From Albugo candida (taxonomy: Eukaryota): 52,142 bases of DNA. The number at the start of each line of letters is the position of its first letter. Position 1 is the first letter of the stretch. The DNA lies in contig JBDOQK010000078.1 in assembly GCA_040437565.1 (NCBI GenBank), positions 62,001-114,142 of the forward strand, given 5' to 3'. Under the pieces are notes generated by a model, which ran no database searches, was not told the DNA's origin, and saw only the letters and a list, made by a program, of their open reading frames with translations. Shown here piece by piece: positions 11,200 through 21,399 of the stretch. The position numbers and the translations under genes were made by a program.

Positions 11200-12950
11200 T
11201 GTTCCTATAGACTCGCACTGTGATAAAAGAATGCTGTATTTAGGCTATCACTGCCTACCGGTCACACACTTTCTTGCTGGTAAGAGTTCCTCACCAACCA
11301 ATCGGCTGGCTGTAGCCCTAACGCCTTGTCTATTCTCTTCAGATACCAAATACAAAAAAGGTTATGTCGCCAGTCGCATCCCGAACCCTTTCGTGTGCAT
11401 GTTCTCATTCCTTTCAACGCTCCTCCTCGGCTACGGCTCTACCGCTTTGCATATTTGATCGTTTGAGCTCTGCATCTGGTCCGCGGATCACCAACTCGCA
11501 CAGCCACGCGAGCTTTGACGCATCCACAGCCTTCGTCATTAGGTCTGCAAGTTGCAATTCAGACCGCACGTACTTTGCCGATATAANNNNNNNNNNNNNN
11601 NNNNNNNNNNNNNNNNNNNNNNNNNNNNNNNNNNNNNNNNNNNNNNNNNNNNNNNNNNNNNNNNNNNNNNNNNNNNNNNNNNNNNNTGCACCGTCATCTG
11701 CGGGAACCAGATCCTTTCTCTTTCTGTTGGGTGGCGAGATTTCTATCTTTGTTCTGACGTCGTTGATAGCCAGAAAGAGATCCTCCCCACCTCTTCCGCG
11801 ACGTCCTACGTGATTCTTTCTGTCTCGGCTCCGATAATCAGACTTGATATGCCCGGTTATTCCGCAGCAAAAATACGTGCGCCTCTCCTTTATTGTTGAC
11901 ACCTCGTCTACATGAGGAACGACATCTCGTCCTAGCGCACGGCCCTTGCGCGTCTCGTGCTCCACAGACTGTGCAAATTGGGCAAGCTCCTCGGCTTGAC
12001 AGAGATATTCGGTCCTCAGAGTGTCGAACTTGGCCATGAGTACTGTGCCTAGGTCTGCTGCCGCATAATGCACAATTTTGTCGAGCACCTGTTGATCCAT
12101 TCCACCGCATGCGTCGCTCACAGCAACCAAGTAGAGATAGTGTTCTGGCCTGCTTCGCTTATGGTCCTTACGCGCCGTAAAGAGCTGTATCATCAGGGAT
12201 GCCGTGATGTGGTCTTGATAGTCTGCAGTATCCTCCCCATGACGTGGTCAAGTGTCCGTAGTTGCCTCCAGCACACATCTAAATGCTTGTTGTAATAGCT
12301 TTCTGCGGTGCCACTCAAATACTGCCCAGGAAAATCAGCTTTGACTTTTTCGGACCAGGCAAAACCGCACGCGTGCTGTGCCATTGTGACCTGTCTCAGA
12401 ACCGTTCACCCCCAGTCAAGGGGTCCTGATCCAGGCCCATGGTAGAGCTCGCTCCCGTCAAACTTTCTGATTGCCAGTTTCTGCTGACGTGCATCTGGAA
12501 CTCGATGCACAGGTTCCGCTGCCTGGTTCTGATGCCTTTTCTGCGCGGGGTAGCGCTGCCGTGGCTGCGTTGCCACGCGCTGCGACCCGAGTGGCTTAAC
12601 GTGCACTTCTTGTCGCCTCGGCGGCAAGTTAAACAAGCGCGTCTAGGTGCATTGAGCCCGCGTTTCCCATGTTGCGCCCGATCAAAGAGATAAAAGACCG
12701 CTCTCGATCGCGCCCCGCAGTCGCTTGCTCTCATTGATATGCTTCTGAGACGCTTCTATACGCTCCATGCGACCTTCAAGCCCCAAGATCATCTTGAGGA
12801 TCCTTTCGTTTACGTCCTCTCCCCTTTCGTGGGCGGGCAGGGCGACGACAATGGCAGGCGCCAGCATGGCCTTTTTGTGGCCTGTAGTTGGCGGCGTTTG
12901 TACCGTGTTGCTGGTGTCGTCGTAGTTCGTACTTGGAAGTGAAGGTTCTC
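11200..12950 (-). mobile_element. Degenerate Ty1/copia LTR retrotransposon (gag + RNase H end; most of pol lost in gap)
   Basis: Gag-like LAIRKFDGSELYHG...DWG and WSEKVKADF...[10 protein letters not shown]. Degenerate zinc knuckle YFCCGITGHIKSDY. After the gap, copia RNase H C-terminus ISAKYVRSELQLADLMTKAV. Polypurine tract GAGGAGGAG (11428-11420) followed by LTR-like start CGTTGAAAG. Stops and frameshifts in gag. Outer boundaries approximate. Confidence 0.85.
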
Positions 12951-13979
12951 GTATCAAACATTTGATCCTAATCGTCACTTGTTGAAAGACACATTGAAGT
13001 ATTGGTATACTTGACAACAACTTTTTCTGATGTCGTTGACGTGGTATACTATTCAATAGTGCTGAGACTTTCCTGGATACGCGTTGCATTGATAGCAGGT
13101 GCCAATTAAGAGGACAACTTAAACTCAATCACTCGTTATAGCTTTTCCGAAGCCAAAGCGGTTTGCTCATTCGTGTCATTCTCGATAGGCGCAAATCACC
13201 TTTTGAATCGTAATTCGTTTCTCCATAAAGGTTTCGTGGGTATGGCGCAGCTGTAAGTCCAGAGTCTTCCTTCAGATCCATGTGTTGGCTTAATCTCTTT
13301 TTTGGTAAGGTAGTTTGCGTGCGCTTCTTTCCCTTTCAAATGAGCTCTTCATCGAAAGAGACTGGCAAGATTCTTCGATACCAAGCGAAAAAATTTCGCT
13401 TTGCTCTAAATGTCGCATAGAAACATGAGAGAAACAGATCCAGCTCCAAAAATGACAGATGGCCCCAGTCAACGAGACATCAAAACAAATCCAGAGACTT
13501 TTATTCCTTGACAATGCACACGGAGGGAAATATTGGTGCGTTAGAGCTTTCATTGATACATCAAGCCCGCCGATGCTTGACGTGACTTTCGTTCAGCCTT
13601 TCAGACCGTCTTGCCAGTCATTTCCCCGGTTTCTTTCCAAAGCACCGCTTTTACATATAAGCTTAGCGCCTTCTAGTGTCCAATCAAAGCTCTCAAAGAA
13701 TGAATGTTGCTCTGCATGTTCCCTTACACGACTTCAACTGATAGAATCATGCGAATTGTGTGGTCCTTGATACTGCACCTTTGCGATGACGTCGTAACAT
13801 CTAACCGTATTCTACATGCAAATTAGTGCATCTGACAAGTGTGTGGATGAAAGATCAAACTTTGGCAACGTAAGGATCATTCAGCATCACTTGATCCTAA
13901 CATTAAGTGTCACGCTATTTCGCATCAATCGTCTTCGCATCCAATTACATTCATGGCATCATCACGACACGACTAGAGT

Positions 13980-14650
13980 CTGAAGAGAAGAAACTCATGC
14001 CCTTGGCATGGTATGGGATCGAAAGGTCAGATACCACTTATAATAGTTGATCAACAAACATTTGAAGCTTATGAGGCCGTTTGGCAGCAAGCAGCATATA
14101 AAAATATGGACGCTGAATCACGCAAAGGCGAGTGGTTATTTGGCAACCACTATCGAATATNNNNNNNNNNNNNNNNNNNNNNNNNNNNNNNNNNNNNNNN
14201 NNNNNNNNNNNNNNNNNNNNNNNNNNNNNNNNNNNNNNNNNNNNNNNNNNNNNNNNNNNNGGCATGGTATGGGATCGAAAGGTCAGATACCACTTATAAT
14301 AGTTGATCAACAAACATTTGAAGCTTATGAGGCCGTTTGGCAGCAAGCAGCATATAAAAATATGGACGCTGAATCACGCAAAGGCGAGTGGTTATTTGGC
14401 AACCACTATCGAATATGAAGTGCTCCATAAAATGTCCTTAGATCAACGAAAAATTCTTGAAGGAGGTGCTCGGAACTGATACAGAGTGTCGAATGGACGA
14501 TCCGTATAAGGATAAACGTGTTGGTAAGCAAAAAATACGAGTCATGCGTATCCGATTGTCTACGAAGAGCAGAAGGCGCTCATTGCCGCATTGTAAAAGG
14601 GAGTGACCCGTACGTGACCACCATTCCACGTATGAGTGAGGCAATTTTCG
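13980..14650 (+). pseudogene. Third, inverted, fragmentary copy of the secreted HAD-like family
   Basis: Across frames: TFEAYEAVWQQAAYKNMDAESRKGE / YLATTIEYEVLHKMSLDQRKILE / YPIVYEEQKALIAAL*KGVT. These align to KFGAYVGVWQRAVYEFMEDLSRIDE / YLAATVGHRLLYKMALKDQRVLLE / LPAVFEEQRALITALVDKSVT of 7621-8895. Confidence 0.8.
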
Positions 14651-15201
14651 ACGAAAGCTCGCACCGGGATCGCTACTGCGGTAAGGTCTCTACTCAACAC
14701 ACTTTATTCCTGTCAAAACTCCTTTCCTACAAAACTTCTTTACTACTTCATTGAGCACCTGAAACGATCACGAGGCACCTCCCAGATATGCTTTTAATAC
14801 CGTCAAGCTCTGCGCTCGCACATTACAACTCAGCGGAGCTCGGGCTAGCAGTAAGCCTCATTTGAGATGGTTATGACTACTTTAAATGGAGTGTACAGGT
14901 GCTTGCCAAAAAGGCTGCGTGCTTTACCATTTCTTCTCTATCTCAGCTTCGTAAGCTCTGTCAAAAAAAGTTATCACGTATCATGCTGAAAAGAGCACAA
15001 ATGGTATCAATATCGGGTGGCTACTAGATACTCTGTCGACAGCATGACACGAATCGACCTGTTACCTCATCCTAATTTGAATTTAGAATGGCTTGAGGCG
15101 ACTTGCATGTAGAGAAAGTTGGAGCATAAATCTTCATGCAGAAGCCGAATACGCGACACCAGTGATGTCAAAACAGCTGTCCAGCTCTCTCCCTTGCAGC
15201 T

Positions 15202-18200
15202 GAGATGTAAAAGGTGATATGCGACTTCATCGTAAGTATTTGTGGATGCTTGAGATTGAGGATAGAAGCACGCTATGGCGAATTATGTCAATATTCATCA
15301 AACCAGACTGTGACTATTATATAAATTATAACATCTGCCGAGCTGTATTATATTATAAACGATAAGCCTGTCGATAGACGTCTAAACCGGTATTTTTCTA
15401 TAGATATTGTGCAATTACAAATATACAGTATCCAGAGGGACTTGATAGGTATCGTACTTATCTTTATGGTTTTCAAGCAATTGACATAGAGTATACACTA
15501 TCTGCAAAATTAGAAGCTAAACAACTTCGAAGTTAGATCAAGAATCTCAATGTTATGTTGAGAACGGTCTATTTGATTCCAGATAACGATGAAATTTAGT
15601 GAGGGAGTCGCACTTCCACCGTATTGGGCGATCAGATCAATCAAGCAACTCGAAACGAGTGCATGTAGAGATACGTCTTGACGCACTTATAAAGTATAAG
15701 CTAACGCGCACTCGCAGACGATTCCGTTTAAAGATGACGATATCCACTGATTCTTTTCGATGCATGGATGTTCTAACATAAAACTCTGATCAAGATCGAA
15801 TATACAAATATATCTAGAGCATTGATCTGGGTAAGAATGCAAATAGGTATTCGCTTTCATTTGTTAAGAATAAAGAATCTACCAATCTCTTCTGATAAAC
15901 TTCATACAAGCAGCATTCCCTGTTTACTCACAGTTGAATCTCAGCTGTAAATTATATAGGGAATTGCTATTTCCACCCAACTTTTCGCTAGTTTTACCCT
16001 CCGCGTGACGTTTCGACCAATCAGATTACGGCGTTATTTCCACCCAACTTTTTATGATAGGGACACTTCTCTCAGAAGTTTTGATTGGTAGACCCACCCT
16101 AGATGCATATAATCTGCCATGACCGGCCTGACACCATGTGTATTCAAAGTCTGCTATCCGTGTCGCATCCGTAAGAGATAATGTAGAGTACCCTTCTCCG
16201 TACAAAGGATTCTGCTAGAGCTTTCGCCAACGTGCACTCGATTGCACCACAGGACACTTCGGAATTCGGGCGATGCATACAAGCGTTATAGCGGTATAAA
16301 GATGGCAAGTCCACTGAAAACAGCTACGTGCAACATCTGGAAACGATAGCCCATCCATAACAGTACACCCGCAGGGCGCCTGTGCGCTTGAAAACCGGCA
16401 TAAACAAGTTAAAAACATATTTACAAGTTATTTTAATTTTTTCATTTGTTTCAAGAAATACGGCAAAAGACCGCTGTCCTAATCAGTCCAATTCTCAGAC
16501 CAGACTGAACGTACTTTCAACTTCCAAAGACTTTCTCGCAGGATGTAGTATATAGACGACGTATGATGGCGATCCGTAAATGCGTACTTTACTGTTCGCG
16601 AACAACGCGGTACAACGAAAAGCATGATAAAGTTAGCTGATCTAGAATTGGGATTCTAGAAAGGTGTGCAACTATGAGTTCTGATACCTTCGATCGGCAT
16701 GCAGGACTGTGAAACTGTAGCCATATAANNNNNNNNNNNNNNNNNNNNNNNNNNNNNNNNNNNNNNNNNNNNNNNNNNNNNNNNNNNNNNNNNNNNNNNN
16801 NNNNNNNNNNNNNNNNNNNNNNNNNNNNGAGATGTAAAAGGTGATATGCGACTTCATCGTAAGTATTTGTGGATGCTTGAGATTGAGGATAGAAGCACGC
16901 TATGGCGAATTATGTCAATATTCATCAAACCAGACTGTGACTATTATATAAATTATAACATCTGCCGAGCTGTATTATATTATAAACGATAAGCCTGTCG
17001 ATAGACGTCTAAACCGGTATTTTTCTATAGATATTGTGCAATTACAAATATACAGTATCCAGAGGGACTTGATAGGTATCGTACTTATCTTTATGGTTTT
17101 CAAGCAATTGACATAGAGTATACACTATCTGCAAAATTAGAAGCTAAACAACTTCGAAGTTAGATCAAGAATCTCAATGTTATGTTGAGAACGGTCTATT
17201 TGATTCCAGATAACGATGAAATTTAGTGAGGGAGTCGCACTTCCACCGTATTGGGCGATCAGATCAATCAAGCAACTCGAAACGAGTGCATGTAGAGATA
17301 CGTCTTGACGCACTTATAAAGTATAAGCTAACGCGCACTCGCAGACGATTCCGTTTAAAGATGACGATATCCACTGATTCTTTTCGATGCATGGATGTTC
17401 TAACATAAAACTCTGATCAAGATCGAATATACAAATATATCTAGAGCATTGATCTGGGTAAGAATGCAAATAGGTATTCGCTTTCATTTGTTAAGAATAA
17501 AGAATCTACCAATCTCTTCTGATAAACTTCATACAAGCAGCATTCCCTGTTTACTCACAGTTGAATCTCAGCTGTAAATTATATAGGGAATTGCTATTTC
17601 CACCCAACTTTTCGCTAGTTTTACCCTCCGCGTGACGTTTCGACCAATCAGATTACGGCGTTATTTCCACCCAACTTTTTATGATAGGGACACTTCTCTC
17701 AGAAGTTTTGATTGGTAGACCCACCCTAGATGCATATAATCTGCCATGACCGGCCTGACACCATGTGTATTCAAAGTCTGCTATCCGTGTCGCATCCGTA
17801 AGAGATAATGTAGAGTACCCTTCTCCGTACAAAGGATTCTGCTAGAGCTTTCGCCAACGTGCACTCGATTGCACCACAGGACACTTCGGAATTCGGGCGA
17901 TGCATACAAGCGTTATAGCGGTATAAAGATGGCAAGTCCACTGAAAACAGCTACGTGCAACATCTGGAAACGATAGCCCATCCATAACAGTACACCCGCA
18001 GGGCGCCTGTGCGCTTGAAAACCGGCATAAACAAGTTAAAAACATATTTACAAGTTATTTTAATTTTTTCATTTGTTTCAAGAAATACGGCAAAAGACCG
18101 CTGTCCTAATCAGTCCAATTCTCAGACCAGACTGAACGTACTTTCAACTTCCAAAGACTTTCTCGCAGGATGTAGTATATAGACGACGTATGATGGCGAT

Positions 18201-18342
18201 CCGTAAATGCGTACTTTACTGTTCGCGAACAACGCGGTACAACGAAAAGCATGATAAAGTTAGCTGATCTAGAATTGGGATTCTAGAAAGGTGTGCAACT
18301 ATGAGTTCTGATACCTTCGATCGGCATGCAGGACTGTGAAAC
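15202..18342. repeat. Near-exact ~1.5 kb direct duplication (15202-16715 = 16829-18342) across a 100-N gap; probably unmerged haplotypes or contig overlap
   Basis: Identical sequence at offset 1627 (identical ORFs 15599/17226 and 16215/17842). Copies diverge only at the telomere-like tract. Confidence 0.9.
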
Positions 18343-18471
18343 CCTACACCATAAACCCTAAACCCTAAACCTTAAACCCTAAACTGTAGCCACATAATAA
18401 AAAGTTGATTGGAAATAAAGCCGTAATCTGATTGGTCAAAAGTCACGCGGTGGGTGGAAATAGCAATTCTC
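17586..18471. mobile_element. Putative non-autonomous element (~0.9 kb) bounded by ~70-95 bp imperfect inverted repeats
   Basis: Left arm 17588-17680 (gaattgctatttccaccca...ccgcgtgacgtttcgaccaatcagattacggcgttatttccacccaactttt) is the reverse complement of right arm ~18399-18469 (aaaagttgattggaaataaagccgtaatctgattggtcaaaagtcacgcggtgggtggaaatagcaattc). Both ends abut TATA tracts. No coding capacity. Confidence 0.6.
18339..18384. repeat. Interstitial telomere-type repeat (AAACCCT/TTTAGGG) x6, two units degenerate
   Basis: aaaccct-acaccat-aaaccct-aaaccct-aaacctt-aaaccct-aaac. TTTAGGG is the oomycete/plant-type telomere unit. Confidence 0.85.
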
Positions 18472-19008
18472 TTAATATATAATTCAAGTAAAACACAAGG
18501 ATCCTTCACACGGATTATATCAAATGATGCTTGATATAAAGTGAAAAATTGAGTCTCCGGGCTTAGCGTGGTAGACATCATATCCCTTGCCTCGAGCATC
18601 TGCCATGAGGTTTATGTCGTCGGACATACATATTACAAAATAAATACTATCATAGGAGCATTTCTACTTATACCGTTTCTTAAACTAGGTTAAATGGGTA
18701 AATGAAAATACACTCGAGTGGGCAGGATCCTCTTGCAATTGATGTACCGCTATACTTGATACATTTGTGCTACCACGGGACCTAGCAAATGAACAACGCT
18801 GCACTCCGCAAATAATCAGATTGGAGCCAAGCCACGGGAAACTCATGTCGCATTGTAATGGGCAGGTAGAAAGTGCTGCTGGAATGGTAGCGAGGTGCTC
18901 GTTTATGTATAATACATCGTTTTGTCGTCGCTGAATTAAACATTCGATACATGCTCTTTTGTGCTAATTTTCAAATTCACTTATACGTTGGCAACCCGAT
19001 ACAGCAAC

Positions 19009-19701
19009 ATGACAAGAGGACAAACACGGTTTTACCTTGCACTCGTGTCTTTCATTATGGTGGCAACAACAATCGGAAGGGCTTGTAAGTATAAAAAACC
19101 GTACATGTGCCAATTTAATCGAAAACTTTTGTTGCGGAAGTATGATGCATGCGATGATGAGATAATCAAAGCCATTCAATCGTTTAAAATTGATCGTACG
19201 GGCTGTCAAAATTTACAGATATCTATTAAAAGGATGGATATTGTCACTATTTCACAAAAGGAAGACAAAAATGTGGACTTCTCACATGTTTATAAGAATG
19301 ATAATTCCAACGGATGGGAGATATCAAAGAGGTTCATTATAGCTAAAGTCTTCTTCAAAAATCATGCGGTGCAACGAATGAACCCTTCTGTATCGGTTCA
19401 CCTTGATTTCACATCAGATGGAGTGATCATTCCATGTGATGTGCTGCAAGAATATGATGTCAATACGAAATCTTTATCCCTCGATTTCGGAGTAAAAGAA
19501 GATACGAAAGCAGAATTCTCATTGAAATTCGAAAGGAAAGAACTGGAACGGAAACAGAGCTCGCTATGTTCGACACATACTAATGCTGTCACTCTAGGAC
19601 GTATAGCATTGCGTCAACTGAATGTAGCACTACAGTATGAGGACGATGGGGGCGATGCGGTCAATGCGAAGAAGCCTACTCTATACATTGGTAATGCATG
19701 A
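19009..19701 (+). CDS. Orphan secreted protein, 230 aa (candidate effector)
   Basis: Open frame from ATG 19009: MTRGQTRFYLALVSFIMVATTIGRAC..., a classic signal-peptide pattern. INR/FPR-like 'gctaattttcaaattc' at ~18962. Six Cys. Isolated in a gene-sparse region. Confidence 0.7.
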   Translation: MTRGQTRFYLALVSFIMVATTIGRACKYKKPYMCQFNRKLLLRKYDACDDEIIKAIQSFKIDRTGCQNLQISIKRMDIVTISQKEDKNVDFSHVYKNDNSNGWEISKRFIIAKVFFKNHAVQRMNPSVSVHLDFTSDGVIIPCDVLQEYDVNTKSLSLDFGVKEDTKAEFSLKFERKELERKQSSLCSTHTNAVTLGRIALRQLNVALQYEDDGGDAVNAKKPTLYIGNA

Positions 19702-21399
19702 TCATTATCATGACGCCCGTGACGCGGCATCTCCCGTTATGAACTAGGCCCAGCTCTTAACCCTTTTGTCACCCAATAAAACGACCTGATGCTTCCACAT
19801 CTCACTTGTTCGAACTCTATCCATCGCATTATTGATTGCAGACATTTATGACAAGTGCTTGTAGGATTTCATTGATCAAGCAAATATCAATCGAAGCTGG
19901 TTAGGATGTTGCATGAAGACTTCATAGAAGTTTAAGAGTCGGAGCTTGTAAGCCATCGGTACGTTAGAGATCGATAAGCAGCATCACGCTATTGCGCTCN
20001 NNNNNNNNNNNNNNNNNNNNNNNNNNNNNNNNNNNNNNNNNNNNNNNNNNNNNNNNNNNNNNNNNNNNNNNNNNNNNNNNNNNNNNNNNNNNNNNNNNNC
20101 GCCCGTGACGCGGCATCTCCCGTTATGAACTAGGCCCAGCTCTTAACCCTTTTGTCACCCAATAAAACGACCTGATGCTTCCACATCTCACTTGTTCGAA
20201 CTCTATCCATCGCATTATTGATTGCAGACATTTATGACAAGTGCTTGTAGGATTTCATTGATCAAGCAAATATCAATCGAAGCTGGTTAGGATGTTGCAT
20301 GAAGACTTCATAGAAGTTTAAGAGTCGGAGCTTGTAAGCCATCGGTACGTTAGAGATCGATAAGCAGCATCACGCTATTGCGCTCACACGCAGCGAGCAT
20401 TGTTATGACTTAAACATCTGCAGCATGCTTTCATGTGCTATGTCGTGACTTTTGTCACCAATGTTGATCATTGTATTAGACCTATGCAAAGCGAATAAGA
20501 ACACCAGCTAGCTAAGCCGGATGGGTGGTGCGACATAATTGCAATTTACCAGGTACGGTACAATGACGCCAATATAACTACAGCACCACATCCTAATAGA
20601 AGCGTTGATACTGACTCGACATTATGTGCTGCGCCTTAGCACTAAATACGAAGCAACGGCCGAACTTAACATCTTATAAAAGTCAAAAAGTGCGTTTCTC
20701 CTCTCCATTGAAAAGTAAATTATGTGGTCAACGCAATTCTATAGCGCTCCATTGCCGCTCAATTTTGCGGCTACCAAGCGCACTGACAGCGTCAGCATTC
20801 CGGAAATTCTTCAAACATGATAAGAAAGAAAGCCAAAGTATATTTGTGGCGGACTTGCACTTGCGGAACCATTAAACACACAAAACGGCAAAGCTAGACG
20901 CGGCGTTGGAAAGTCAAGCTAAAATATGTGTGACATAGGATTATACACCGCAATGGTGCGCGCACCTTAATAAAGAGTCTCTTCTTTTCGCTATGATCCA
21001 GAAAGAAGAGAATACTATCAGCACTTAGTTTTCCTTAATAATTGCATCTTTTTATCTAAGAAAATGATATTTCACTATTGCTATTTACATAAGTAGCAAA
21101 CTGCACAAACGCTCACTCTCGACTCTGTTCTATTTATTTCATGTGTTTATTTGCTGAGAGGATACTTCGAATTGCTTCAAATTGCTGGGAATCGTCGGCC
21201 TTGTTTTCGACATATTAAAGGGAGCGCTATTCAAACGTCAACTGGGATCGCGATACGTAGAGGCGTATTTCTCCAAATTCACCGAACGCTTATTCAGGTA
21301 ATCACGATGCATAGGTGTGCACCATCTAGATGTCGACATGGTTGGATTTGGGCCCCATCAAATCGTAATTTCAAAGCAGGATCAGCCGTAAAAGTCGCT

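Noticed and set aside
12980-13255. TGTTGAAAG start and a PBS-like 'ggtatggcgcag' suggesting a second, + strand LTR
   Set aside because: No partner LTR or TSD identifiable in the window; too weak to call.
14005-14416. 156-bp exact direct repeat flanking a 100-N gap
   Set aside because: Identical sequence on both sides of a fixed-size gap indicates an unmerged contig overlap, not a biological repeat.
19714-20385. 286-bp exact direct repeat around a gap (LTR-like at first sight)
   Set aside because: Same gap-overlap artefact pattern; no TG..CA ends, PBS or PPT.
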